The notes below the pieces were generated by a model. The model was not told the DNA's origin and did not search any database. It was given only the letters and a program-made list of their open reading frames with translations. The translations under genes and the position numbers were made by a program. Shown piece after piece: positions 18,202 through 27,819 of a DNA stretch of 57,314 bases (position 1 is the first letter of the stretch; each line of letters starts with the position of its first letter). Origin of the DNA: an uncultured Bacillota bacterium (GTDB taxonomy: Bacteria > Bacillota_I > Bacilli_A > RF39 > UBA660); NCBI GenBank assembly GCA_946540075.1, contig CAMNHZ010000001.1:1-57314 (forward strand), given 5' to 3'.

Positions 18202-19557
18202 ATGAATGATACTATAACTGCAATATCAACTGCTTTAGGAATTGGAGCTATTTCAATAGTAAGAGTAAGTGGAGAAGATGCTATAGATATAGTTAATGAA
18301 GTATTTAAAGGAAAGAATTTAAGTAAAGTAGCTAGTCACACAATTCATTATGGACATATAATAGATAATGAAGAAATAGTTGATGAAGTTTTAGTATCTG
18401 TCATGAGAGCACCAAAAACATTTACAACGGAAGATATAGTTGAAATAAATTGTCATGGTGGTATTGCTACTACTAATAAGGTGTTAGAATTGTTACTAAC
18501 TAAAGGATGTAGATTAGCAGAGCCTGGAGAGTTTACTAAACGAGCATTTTTAAATGGGCGTATAGATTTAATAGAGGCCGAAGGTGTTATGGATTTAATA
18601 AATTCTAAAACAGAACAAGCTTCTAAATTAGCTTTAAATCAAGTTGATGGAAAAGTATCTAATTTAATAAAAAAATTACGTCAAGAAATATTGGAAGTAT
18701 TAGCAAATATTGAGGTTAATATAGATTATCCAGAGTATGAGGATATTGAACAGTATACTACTGATAAGTTAAAAGATAGTATATATGATTTAAAAAAATC
18801 AATAAGTAGGATACTTAATGAAAGTAAGAATGGTAAACTTATCAGCGAAGGAATTAAAGTATCGATAATAGGAAAGCCAAATGTAGGAAAGAGTAGTATC
18901 TTAAATAAATTGTTAGGTGAAAATAAAGCAATTGTAACAGATGTAGAAGGTACAACAAGAGATATTGTAGAGGGTACGATTAATCTTGATGGACTTATGT
19001 TAAATATTATTGATACAGCAGGAATACGTGAAACAAAAGATATAGTAGAAAGTATTGGTGTTAATAAAAGTATCGAATTAATCGAAACATCTGATTTAGT
19101 ATTATTTGTATTAAATAATAACGAGGAATTAGATAAAGAATCTATAGATATATTGAAAAAATTACATAATAAAAATTATGTTGTTATTGTAAATAAAATA
19201 GATTTACCTAATAAACTAGATTTAAAATCTATAAAAACAGATAACATAGTATTGATGAGTGCTATTGAAAATAAAGGTATTGAAGAATTAAAACATTTAA
19301 TTAAGAAAATATATAATATGGAAGAAATTAATACTCAGGATATGACATATTTAACAAGTGCTAGAAGTATATCAATACTTAGAAAAGCATTATCAAGTGT
19401 TAAAGATATAGAAAAAGGTTTATTAGACGATATGCCTATTGATATATTAGAAATAGATTTAAAGAATATATGGAGTTTACTAGGAGAAATAATAGGAGAA
19501 ACTTATAATGATGAGTTAATTGATCAACTATTTAGTCAATTTTGTTTAGGAAAATAA
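18202..19557 (+). CDS. mnmE: tRNA modification GTPase MnmE
   Basis: G1 GKPNVGKSS, DTAGIRE, NKIDL, C-terminal FCLGK. Start taken at MNDTITAIST (ATG 18202, RBS AGGAAG) rather than the GTG at 18193. Confidence 0.95.
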   Translation: MNDTITAISTALGIGAISIVRVSGEDAIDIVNEVFKGKNLSKVASHTIHYGHIIDNEEIVDEVLVSVMRAPKTFTTEDIVEINCHGGIATTNKVLELLLTKGCRLAEPGEFTKRAFLNGRIDLIEAEGVMDLINSKTEQASKLALNQVDGKVSNLIKKLRQEILEVLANIEVNIDYPEYEDIEQYTTDKLKDSIYDLKKSISRILNESKNGKLISEGIKVSIIGKPNVGKSSILNKLLGENKAIVTDVEGTTRDIVEGTINLDGLMLNIIDTAGIRETKDIVESIGVNKSIELIETSDLVLFVLNNNEELDKESIDILKKLHNKNYVVIVNKIDLPNKLDLKSIKTDNIVLMSAIENKGIEELKHLIKKIYNMEEINTQDMTYLTSARSISILRKALSSVKDIEKGLLDDMPIDILEIDLKNIWSLLGEIIGETYNDELIDQLFSQFCLGK

Positions 19558-19568
19558 AGGTGTAAAAT

Positions 19569-20360
19569 ATGATTGAATGGTTTAGTAATATTCCCCATGT
19601 ATTTCAAGCATTGATTGCTACGTTATTTACATGGAGTATTACTGCACTAGGTGCAAGTCTAGTTTTTTTAACAAAGAAGATTAATAAGACATTCATGGAT
19701 GGAATGTTGGGTTTTGCAGCAGGTGTAATGATAGCAGCATCTTTTTGGTCATTAATAATGCCAGGTATAGTAATGGCTAGTAGTTTAAAATTGAATTCGT
19801 TGTTAATAGCTACAGCGGGTTTTATATCTGGAGGATTATTCTTATTTATTAGTGATAACATATATAAAGGTTATGATAATAATAAAGTAGAAGATGGTTT
19901 TAGAAGATCAATGATGTTAATAGTATCTATAACACTTCATAATATACCTGAAGGTATGGCAGTAGGTGTCGCCTTCGGTTCATTAGCTTATGGTTTAGAA
20001 GGAGCTACTTTAGCAAGTGCTATCACTCTTGCGATAGGAATAGGATTGCAAAACTTCCCAGAGGGTAGTGCTGTTTCTTTTCCTCTAAGAAGAGAAGGCT
20101 ATAGCAGATTTAAATCATTTATGTATGGACAATTAAGTGGTCTTGTGGAGCCAATTGCCGGAGTAATAGGAGCATTATTGGTATTAAAAATAAGATATTT
20201 ATTACCACTTTTATTATGTTTTGCAGCAGGATGTATGATTTATGTGGTTATTGAGGAATTAGTTCCAGAAAGCCAAACTAATGAAAAAAAAGATTTGATG
20301 GCGCTATTTACAATTATAGGCTTTGAAGTTATGATGATTATGGATATTGCTCTAGGTTGA
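19569..20360 (+). CDS. ZIP family divalent metal (zinc) transporter
   Basis: 263 aa, multi-TM, with HNIPEGMAVG and NFPEGSAV motifs. Confidence 0.85.
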   Translation: MIEWFSNIPHVFQALIATLFTWSITALGASLVFLTKKINKTFMDGMLGFAAGVMIAASFWSLIMPGIVMASSLKLNSLLIATAGFISGGLFLFISDNIYKGYDNNKVEDGFRRSMMLIVSITLHNIPEGMAVGVAFGSLAYGLEGATLASAITLAIGIGLQNFPEGSAVSFPLRREGYSRFKSFMYGQLSGLVEPIAGVIGALLVLKIRYLLPLLLCFAAGCMIYVVIEELVPESQTNEKKDLMALFTIIGFEVMMIMDIALG

Positions 20361-20381
20361 AGAGATTTTCTCTTCTTTTTA
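20359..20381 (+). terminator. rho-independent terminator after the ZIP gene
   Basis: GAAGAGA (20359-20365) / TCTCTTC (20369-20375) followed by TTTTT. Confidence 0.6.
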
Positions 20382-20436
20382 TTGTATAACAAGTAATATT
20401 TTAGTATAATATACAAAGTAAAAAGGACGTGGAATT

Positions 20437-22311
20437 ATGGAATATGATGTAATAGTAGTTGGTGGAGGACATGCAGGATGTGAAGCAGCTTTAGCGTCTT
20501 CACGTATGGGAAATAAAACTTTACTAATAACTGGAAATATAAATAATATTGCTGATATGCCTTGTAATCCTAGTATTGGAGGAAGTGCAAAAGGAATCGT
20601 AGTAAGAGAAATAGACGCACTAGGTGGAGAAATGGGCCGAAATGCAGATAAGTCAAAACTACAGATAAAAATGTTAAACAGTTCTAAAGGTCCATCCGTT
20701 CAAGCACTACGTGCGCAAGCTGATAAAATAACATATCCAAAAGAAATGTTGAAAACATTAAAAAGTGTTACAAATTTAGAAATAAAAGAAGATTTAGTTG
20801 AAAACTTAATAGTAAGAGAAAATACTGTTGAAGGAGTAGAATTAGAAAATGGTGAGAAAATATATTCTAAGGCAGTTATCCTTACAACGGGAACTTATTT
20901 AAAAGCGGATATACTTGTGGGAAATACTCGTCACCGTGAAGGACCACATGGAGAAAAACCAAGTAATTATTTAAGTGATAATCTAAAAAAATTAGGTTTT
21001 AGAATTATTAGATTAAAGACAGGTACACCTCAAAGAATTGATAAAAATACTATCGATTTTACTAAAACAAGAGAAGAAAAAGGATCAGATAAGGAATTGT
21101 TTTTCAGCTTTGATGATAATGAACATTATGATGTTAATGATCAAATATCATGTCATCTTGTATACACAACATCTAAAACTCATGAAATAATAAAAGAAAA
21201 TTTAAATAAATCAAGTATGTATGGAGGTCTCGATGATATTGAAGGAGTTGGTCCAAGATATTGTCCTTCAATAGAAGATAAGATAGTTAGATTCTCAGAT
21301 AAGCCACGTCATCAATTGTTTTTGGAACCAGAAAGCTTATATTATGACGATATTTATATTCAAGGGTTTTCAACTAGTATGCCACATGATGTACAGGAAC
21401 AAATGGTACATAGTTTACCAGGATTAGAAAATGCAAAAATATTAAAGTATGCATATGCCATTGAATATGATGCAATCTATCCAACTCAATTAAAACAGAC
21501 TCTCGAGACTAAATTGATTAATAATTTATATACAGCTGGCCAAATAAACGGTACTAGTGGATATGAAGAAGCAGCATGCCAAGGGTTAATTGCTGGGATA
21601 AATGCATCATTGAAAATACAAGGAAAAGAACCACTTATTTTAAAAAGGAACGAAGCATATATAGGTGTTTTAATAGATGATTTAGTAACTAAAGGAGTAC
21701 GTGATCCATATAGATTATTGACTTCACGTGCAGAATACCGTTTGTTATTAAGGCATGATAATGCAGATATAAGACTTAGAGAATATGGACATCAGATAGG
21801 ATTAATTGATGATAAACGATACAATGACTTTGTTCACAAAAAGCAAATGATGAAGGAATTAACAGATAAATTAAATAGTGTAAAAATAACACCAACTAAG
21901 AAAGTATCAGAATATTTAGAAACATTGAATACTCCAGCATTAAAGGATGGAATTACACTATATAATTTATTGAAACGTCAAGAGATAACAATTGATATGT
22001 TATATCCATTTATAGATGTAGATTATCCAGAAGAAATAAAAAAAGAAGTTGAAATTAATATAAAATACGAAGGTTACATAAAAAAAGCCAATCGTGAAGC
22101 GAAAAAATTGTTAAACTTGGAAAATAAGAAAATACCAGATGATATCGATTATGATACAATTGGAAATTTAGCCAGCGAAGCAAAACAAAAATTAAATGAA
22201 ATAAAACCAACAACATTAGCTCAAGCGCTACGTATAAGTGGTGTTAATCCAGCAGATATATCTATTTTATCGGTTTATTTAAAAAAGGAGTATCGAAATG
22301 GATCAAAATAA
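20437..22311 (+). CDS. mnmG: tRNA uridine 5-carboxymethylaminomethyl modification enzyme MnmG
   Basis: 624 aa with FAD motif [14 protein letters not shown] and conserved GidA blocks. Confidence 0.97.
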   Translation: MEYDVIVVGGGHAGCEAALASSRMGNKTLLITGNINNIADMPCNPSIGGSAKGIVVREIDALGGEMGRNADKSKLQIKMLNSSKGPSVQALRAQADKITYPKEMLKTLKSVTNLEIKEDLVENLIVRENTVEGVELENGEKIYSKAVILTTGTYLKADILVGNTRHREGPHGEKPSNYLSDNLKKLGFRIIRLKTGTPQRIDKNTIDFTKTREEKGSDKELFFSFDDNEHYDVNDQISCHLVYTTSKTHEIIKENLNKSSMYGGLDDIEGVGPRYCPSIEDKIVRFSDKPRHQLFLEPESLYYDDIYIQGFSTSMPHDVQEQMVHSLPGLENAKILKYAYAIEYDAIYPTQLKQTLETKLINNLYTAGQINGTSGYEEAACQGLIAGINASLKIQGKEPLILKRNEAYIGVLIDDLVTKGVRDPYRLLTSRAEYRLLLRHDNADIRLREYGHQIGLIDDKRYNDFVHKKQMMKELTDKLNSVKITPTKKVSEYLETLNTPALKDGITLYNLLKRQEITIDMLYPFIDVDYPEEIKKEVEINIKYEGYIKKANREAKKLLNLENKKIPDDIDYDTIGNLASEAKQKLNEIKPTTLAQALRISGVNPADISILSVYLKKEYRNGSK

Positions 22312-23002
22312 GTTTATCGAAGAATTAAAAAAAATAAATGTAACAATAACACAAAAACAAATGGATCAATTAAATAAATATTATGAATTATTAAAAGAAT
22401 GGAATGAAAAAATAAATTTAACCGCAATAACCGAATATGATCAGGTTTTGTTAAAACATTTTTATGATAGTGCAACAATGAATAAAGTTACAGATTTGAC
22501 TAAAGTCAACACTTTATGCGATATAGGTACAGGAGCAGGTTTTCCAGGGATGGTATTAAAAATATTATTTCCTAATTTAAAAGTTACACTTGTTGATGCT
22601 TTGCAGAAGAGAGTTAAATTTTTAAATGAAATTATTTCCCGATTAGAATTGAATGATATAGAAGTATATCATGCTAGAGCAGAAGAATATGCTAAAAATC
22701 ACAGAGAAAAATATGATATAGTAACCGCACGTGCAGTCGCAAGGTTAAATATAATAATGGAGTATACAATTCCAATGGTAAAATTAAATGGGTACTTTAT
22801 TCCATTAAAAGGTAATATTTCCGAGGAAATAAATTCTAGTAATGACGCATTTGAAAAATTATCTTGTCAATTAGAAAATGTATTAGAATTTCAATTACCG
22901 ATAGAAAAGAGTAATAGGACAATATTAAAAATCAAAAAAACAAAACCTACAAGTTTAAAATATCCTAGAAGTTATGCTGAAATTAAGAAAAGACCATTGT
23001 AA
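22298..23002 (+). CDS. rsmG: 16S rRNA (guanine527-N7)-methyltransferase RsmG
   Basis: 234 aa: [17 protein letters not shown]. Follows mnmG. Confidence 0.93.
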   Translation: MDQNKFIEELKKINVTITQKQMDQLNKYYELLKEWNEKINLTAITEYDQVLLKHFYDSATMNKVTDLTKVNTLCDIGTGAGFPGMVLKILFPNLKVTLVDALQKRVKFLNEIISRLELNDIEVYHARAEEYAKNHREKYDIVTARAVARLNIIMEYTIPMVKLNGYFIPLKGNISEEINSSNDAFEKLSCQLENVLEFQLPIEKSNRTILKIKKTKPTSLKYPRSYAEIKKRPL

Positions 23003-23026
23003 TAATTAGATAATACTAAAAATATC

Positions 23027-23054
23027 TAGTACTTGAAAGTACTAGTTTTTTTTA
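23027..23054 (+). terminator. rho-independent terminator after rsmG
   Basis: CTAGTACT (23027-23034), loop TGAA, AGTACTAG (23039-23046), then T8. Confidence 0.75.
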
Positions 23055-23158
23055 TTTTTCAATTAATTTAATTAATATTTTAGATTATTTTCCAAAAACG
23101 ATTGAATTATTTCCCAAAATATAGTATTCTAAATATAGAATAAAATAGGAGTGTTGGT

Positions 23159-25318
23159 ATGGATAAAGGTAAGGTTTTTGAACTAGATATAGATGATATA
23201 CTACCAAATAGGTTTCAGCCTAGGATTAATTTTAGTGAGCGTAATATTAATGAATTAGCTGAATCTATAAAAGAATATGGCGTTATACAACCTATTGTAG
23301 TAAGAAAAATAAGTGATAAATATGAAATAATTGCAGGTGAAAGACGTTATAAAGCTAGTATTATTGCTAATAAAACAACTATACCAGCAATAATAGTAGA
23401 TTTAAATGATAAAGATGCTGCAGAAGTAGCAATTATAGAAAATGTTCAACGTCAAGATTTAACTGCAATTGAAGAGGCTGTTTCTTATAAAAAGATATTA
23501 GATATGGGAATGACTCAAGAACAATTAGCAAAAAAACTTGGTAAAAATCAATCAACAGTTGCCAATAAATTGAGATTGTTAAATTTGATTGATGAAGTCC
23601 AAGAAGCTCTTTTATATCATAAAATATCTGAACGACATGCAAGATCACTATTAAAATTAGATGAAGAAGGGCAACACCATATGTTAAAAAGAATCATAGA
23701 TGAAAGACTTACTGTAAGAAAAACAGATCAAGCTATTTATGATTATATAGTTAGACAAAAACATAAAAAAGAAGAATTTAAAGAAACTAGGCCAGTAGAG
23801 AACAAAGAAGCAGAAGAAAAAGTAAAAGCAACTAAACCTGCTGAACAAGAAATAAAAGAAATAGAACAAATAAAAGAAACATCAAATTCAAAATTGGATG
23901 AAATAGAGGTTTTGGATTTTGATGATGACAGGGAGGAAGAAAATATGCCTAATAATGATAATTTAATACCAAATACACAAATAATAGATGATACAGTTGA
24001 AGAACAAGGAAGTATAATGGATAATCCAAATAATGTAAATATGACAATAAATCCAGGATTTATGGATGTTGATAAAATTCAAAATCAAGCTCAAGACATA
24101 TATGTAGATAATAAACCTAAAGTAGATATGGATTCACTACTTAGTGGAGCAAATAAAACAGAAGAAACAACATCAGAAGTATCAACTACTGCTGAACAAA
24201 ATAATGAACAAACAACAGTTGATATGCCAACAAACACAAATAAATTCTTCAATTTAGAACCAAATAATTCTTCATTTGTAGAAGATATTGATTCTACTAA
24301 AGCTAATGTTGATTTTATGCCACAGGAAGAACAACAAAAAAGTACATTCAATTTTGATTCGTTCTTTAATAATAGTTATCAGCCAACTAGAGCAGAAGAT
24401 ATTACTACTGAATTATCAAAACAACGTGCTATGAATGAGGGAATGGATAATCAATTTAAACAAGACAATAATGATATTATAAATAATACAAATGCATTTG
24501 ATAATACTAATAGTATTGATAATAAGGCAGAACAAGTTAATCCAACAGTATCAAATATGGGTGATTATCAAAATAATGATGCAATTAATGAGATATCATC
24601 TAATTTAGAATTTAATAATTCTATGGTTGAAACTCCTATTAATACAATTAATCAAGAATTAAATAATGATAATCAAAATATTAGTGTAAATCCTACAAAT
24701 ATTCCAAATATCGATAACGGTATTAATAGTCAAATGGATAATAATGTTATAAATACAGAAGTAACACCAGAACCAGCATCAGTAAATGAAACACCAAGAC
24801 AAGCAGAAACATTAGTAACTCCAATCGCACCTATTAATCTTGATTTAAATAATGTGCAAAATGATATTCCAACACCAGAAAATCAAACAATTTCAATGGT
24901 AGAACCTCAAACTTCTGTTAATCCAATTAATGAAACAGAAAGTACATATAATGTTGAGTTACCAGTAAATAATGATAATCAAAATATTAGTGTAAATCCT
25001 ACAAATATTCCAAACATCAATAACGATATTAATAGTCAAATGGATAGTAATGTTATGAATACAGAAGTAATACCAGAACCAGTATCTATGAATAATGTGA
25101 ATTTAAATATTGAACCATCTGCAGTAAATGAAATGCCAAAACAAGAAGAAACATCAGATTCAAATTCACAAGAAGATGTTAATGGGGCAAATATTAGAGA
25201 AGCTATTGATAAGATCAGACAATTAGCAACTCAATTAGAAAATATGGGATTTAACATTGATGTCGAAGAATATGCATTAGAAGATAAATATGAAGTAATG
25301 TTCAAAATAAAAAGATAA
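23159..25318 (+). CDS. noc: ParB-family protein, Noc-like, with a ~470-aa low-complexity insertion
   Basis: 719 aa. The N-terminal ~200 aa has LPNRFQPR, GERRYKAS (arginine/CTP patch), HTH TQEQLAKKLGKNQSTVANKLRLLNL and ERHARSLL. Roughly aa 200-670 are Asn/Gln/Glu/Thr-rich. The last ~45 aa, ANIREAIDKIRQLATQLENMGFNIDVEEYALEDKYEVMFKIKR, resemble the Noc C-terminal domain. The position after rsmG equals that of noc in Bacillus. Noc versus Spo0J is assigned from memory of the B. subtilis sequences. Confidence 0.75.
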   Translation: MDKGKVFELDIDDILPNRFQPRINFSERNINELAESIKEYGVIQPIVVRKISDKYEIIAGERRYKASIIANKTTIPAIIVDLNDKDAAEVAIIENVQRQDLTAIEEAVSYKKILDMGMTQEQLAKKLGKNQSTVANKLRLLNLIDEVQEALLYHKISERHARSLLKLDEEGQHHMLKRIIDERLTVRKTDQAIYDYIVRQKHKKEEFKETRPVENKEAEEKVKATKPAEQEIKEIEQIKETSNSKLDEIEVLDFDDDREEENMPNNDNLIPNTQIIDDTVEEQGSIMDNPNNVNMTINPGFMDVDKIQNQAQDIYVDNKPKVDMDSLLSGANKTEETTSEVSTTAEQNNEQTTVDMPTNTNKFFNLEPNNSSFVEDIDSTKANVDFMPQEEQQKSTFNFDSFFNNSYQPTRAEDITTELSKQRAMNEGMDNQFKQDNNDIINNTNAFDNTNSIDNKAEQVNPTVSNMGDYQNNDAINEISSNLEFNNSMVETPINTINQELNNDNQNISVNPTNIPNIDNGINSQMDNNVINTEVTPEPASVNETPRQAETLVTPIAPINLDLNNVQNDIPTPENQTISMVEPQTSVNPINETESTYNVELPVNNDNQNISVNPTNIPNINNDINSQMDSNVMNTEVIPEPVSMNNVNLNIEPSAVNEMPKQEETSDSNSQEDVNGANIREAIDKIRQLATQLENMGFNIDVEEYALEDKYEVMFKIKR
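24662..24811 (+). repeat. intragenic direct repeat, copy 1 (inside noc-like gene)
   Basis: AATAATGATAATCAAAATATTAGTGTAAATCCTACAAATATTCCAAA... encodes NNDNQNISVNPTNIPNIDNGINSQMDNNVINTEVTPEP..VNETPRQ. Confidence 0.9.
24968..25155 (+). repeat. intragenic direct repeat, copy 2 (306 bp downstream of copy 1)
   Basis: Near-identical DNA encoding NNDNQNISVNPTNIPNINNDINSQMDSNVMNTEVIPEP..VNEMPKQ, with a ~38-bp insertion relative to copy 1. Confidence 0.9.
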
Positions 25319-25388
25319 AAATTATAATAATGTTTTCTATAAATAATAATCTTATTAAAAAAATATACAAAGAATACATTGTTATTGA

Positions 25389-25561
25389 CTAAATTAATTT
25401 AGATAAAAGAAACAAGGTTGTTTAAAGATTACCTTGTTTTTTTCTAAAAAAGATAAAAATATACGATTAAAATTGTTGATTTATTATGTTTGATATTAGT
25501 TTATATTTATAACCAGGAATACTATTTAAATAATTTAATTATTGTTTAAACACTTATTTTA
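25389..25561. repeat. left copy of the imperfect direct repeat bracketing the NAD module
   Basis: Shares with 32917-33117 the elements CTAA..TAATTTAGATAA, a terminator hairpin with the same ACAAGG/CCTTGT stem, and then an 84-nt ungapped stretch (25452-25535 versus 33016-33099). About 65 of those 84 positions are identical by my hand count. Confidence 0.75.
25409..25444 (+). terminator. rho-independent terminator after the noc-like gene
   Basis: AACAAGGT (25411-25418) / ACCTTGTT (25431-25438) followed by a T-run. Confidence 0.7.
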
Positions 25562-25626
25562 CCTTGGAAAATATTGCGTTTTAGTCTCTTTTTATAAAAT
25601 GTTTTTAATTTTTTGTTAAAAAGGCC

Positions 25627-25665
25627 TTGACAAATCTGTTTGTTATTAATATAATGTTAATAACA
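25627..25665 (+). promoter_or_regulatory. pncA operon promoter with overlapping palindromic operator (candidate NrtR site)
   Basis: TTGACA (25627-25632), 17-nt spacer, TATAAT (25650-25655). Operator TGTTATTAA-TATAATG-TTAATAACA at 25641-25665 has perfect 9-bp arms. Confidence 0.65.
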
Positions 25666-25732
25666 GATGGCCAAACTGTTAAAAAAATAGAATGTGATAT
25701 TAACAAATTATTAAAAAGAAAGAAGAGATAAA

Positions 25733-26335
25733 ATGATAAAAGATATAAGAAATATGGAAGAGGCTCTCTTCCAAATAGATATGAATATAGGTTTTTGTGA
25801 AGATGGTAATTTAGCTGATCCTACTATAAAGGGTATAGTTCCTAATATTATACCAATTATTAGGGAAACAATAAAAAAGAAAAATGCAGGTTATTTTGTT
25901 GTAAATGATAAACATACTGCTAATAGTGTTGAATTATTAAGATACTTACAACATTGTATGGGAGATAATGAATCTAAAACAATAAAAGAGTTAGCAATTT
26001 ATGAAGAGTATGCAGATAGATTATTTTATAAAAATTCTACATGTGCCTTATTTGCGCCAGGCATGATGGAAATGTTAATGGAAATGGTGAATTTAAAAAG
26101 GGTAGTTATAGTTGGATGTTGTACTGATATATGTATTCAAAATTTTGCTATAGCGCTTCGTAATTTCTTTGATGAATTAAATATGAACGTAGAAATTATA
26201 GTGCCTAAAAACGCTGTTGAAACTTTCCACATTGTTGGAATTCATGATAGAGAAGAAAATAATGAAAGAGCTTATACAGTTATGGAAAATACTGGGATTA
26301 AGCTAGTTAAAACTTATAAGAAGGAGAATATATAA
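25733..26335 (+). CDS. pncA: nicotinamidase / isochorismatase-family cysteine hydrolase
   Basis: 200 aa with VVIVGCCTDICIQNFA (catalytic Cys region). Directly precedes and is coupled to pncB. Confidence 0.75.
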   Translation: MIKDIRNMEEALFQIDMNIGFCEDGNLADPTIKGIVPNIIPIIRETIKKKNAGYFVVNDKHTANSVELLRYLQHCMGDNESKTIKELAIYEEYADRLFYKNSTCALFAPGMMEMLMEMVNLKRVVIVGCCTDICIQNFAIALRNFFDELNMNVEIIVPKNAVETFHIVGIHDREENNERAYTVMENTGIKLVKTYKKENI

Positions 26336-27810
26336 TGAAAAATGATAATATGACAATGATGACTGACTTTTATGAACTTACTATGAGTCAGACATATTTT
26401 AAAGCAGGAAAGAAAGATGAAATAGCTGTATTTGATGCATTCTTTCGTAAAAATCCTTTTGGTAAAGGTTATGGATTAATGGGTGGTGTTGATCGAATTA
26501 TTGAATACATTAAAAACTTTCATTTTACTGAAGATGATATTAATTACTTAAGAAGTACTAATCAATTTGAAGAAGATTTTCTTGAATATTTAAGAAATTT
26601 AAGATTTACTGGTTCTATTTATGCAATACCAGATGCAACACCTGTTTTTGCTAATGAACCTATAGTAACCGTTAAAGCTCCTATTATTGAAGCACAAATT
26701 ATTGAAACAGCTTTGTTAAGTTATTTGAATGCTAATATTATGTATACTACTGCAGCAAGAAGAGTGGTAGAAGCAGCAGAGAATATTGGTGTTATGGAAT
26801 TTGGCGCTAGAAGAGCATTAGGAGTTGATGCTGCAGTTGAAGCAAGTAAATGTGCGGTTATTGCAGGATGTGTTGGAACAAGTAATGTATTAGCAGGTCA
26901 AGACTATAAGGTTCCTGTTATGGGTACAATGGCACATAGTTTAGTAACTGAGGCAGATAACGAATATGAAGCATTCTTAAATTATGCTAAAGCTTATCCA
27001 AATAATTGTGTATTGTTAGTTGATACTTACGATGTCTTAAGAAGTGGTGTTCCTAATGCAATTAGGGTGGCAAAAGAATACTTAATACCAAATGGTTATA
27101 CATTAAAAGGAATTAGAATTGATAGTGGAGATTTAGCTTATCTATCTAAGGAAGCTAAAAAGATGCTTGTTGAAGCAGGTCTTCCTGATGTTAAGATTTG
27201 TGTATCAAATGGTTTAAATGAAGATACAATAAGATCTTTAAAGGAACAAGGTGCAGTAATTGATTCTATTGGTTTAGGAGACAATATTGTATTACCAGAT
27301 AAAGCAAGAGTTGGTTGTGTTTATAAAAATGTAGCAATTAAGAAAGATGAAAATTTTGTTTCTAGAATAAAGGTAAGTAACGATGCAGCTAAAGCTATTA
27401 ATCCAGGTTATAAGAAAGTATATAGATTTTATGATAAAAAGAGCGGTTATGCATTAGGTGATGTTATAACTTTATATGAAGAAAATATACCTAAAAATAA
27501 ATATACATTAGTTGACCCGCTAAATGAAAATAATACTTTAACTATTACAGACTATAAAGTTAGAGAACTACAAGTACCAATATTTGAAGATGGTAAGTTA
27601 GTTTATAATGATCCAAATATAAATGAAAAACAAGCTTATTGTAATGATGAAATGAAGACTTTATATCCTGAAGTCAAGAGAAGTGAAAATCCTCATCAAT
27701 ATTATGTTGATCTATCAAAAAAATTACTAGTTTTAAAGAAAGAATTAATTAAACAAGCAAAAAATCAAAGAGTTGACTATGAAGGTCATAAATTAATAAA
27801 AAAGTTATAG
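26335..27810 (+). CDS. pncB: nicotinate phosphoribosyltransferase
   Basis: 491 aa: TDFYELTMSQTYF, MGTMAHS, RIDSGDL. Firmicute long-type NAPRTase. Confidence 0.9.
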   Translation: MKNDNMTMMTDFYELTMSQTYFKAGKKDEIAVFDAFFRKNPFGKGYGLMGGVDRIIEYIKNFHFTEDDINYLRSTNQFEEDFLEYLRNLRFTGSIYAIPDATPVFANEPIVTVKAPIIEAQIIETALLSYLNANIMYTTAARRVVEAAENIGVMEFGARRALGVDAAVEASKCAVIAGCVGTSNVLAGQDYKVPVMGTMAHSLVTEADNEYEAFLNYAKAYPNNCVLLVDTYDVLRSGVPNAIRVAKEYLIPNGYTLKGIRIDSGDLAYLSKEAKKMLVEAGLPDVKICVSNGLNEDTIRSLKEQGAVIDSIGLGDNIVLPDKARVGCVYKNVAIKKDENFVSRIKVSNDAAKAINPGYKKVYRFYDKKSGYALGDVITLYEENIPKNKYTLVDPLNENNTLTITDYKVRELQVPIFEDGKLVYNDPNINEKQAYCNDEMKTLYPEVKRSENPHQYYVDLSKKLLVLKKELIKQAKNQRVDYEGHKLIKKL

Positions 27811-27819
27811 GGGTTATTA

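Noticed and set aside
19020-19035. parS half-site ACGTGAAACA inside mnmE, and a similar partial match at 42258-42273
   Set aside because: Only one arm matches and the other half is unrelated. This is expected by chance.
23085-23120. TTTTCCAAAA / TTTCCCAAAA motifs upstream of the noc-like gene as DnaA boxes or NBS half-sites
   Set aside because: They lack the CACA end of a DnaA box. They match only half of the Noc-binding palindrome, and no CCCGGG core occurs anywhere in the window.
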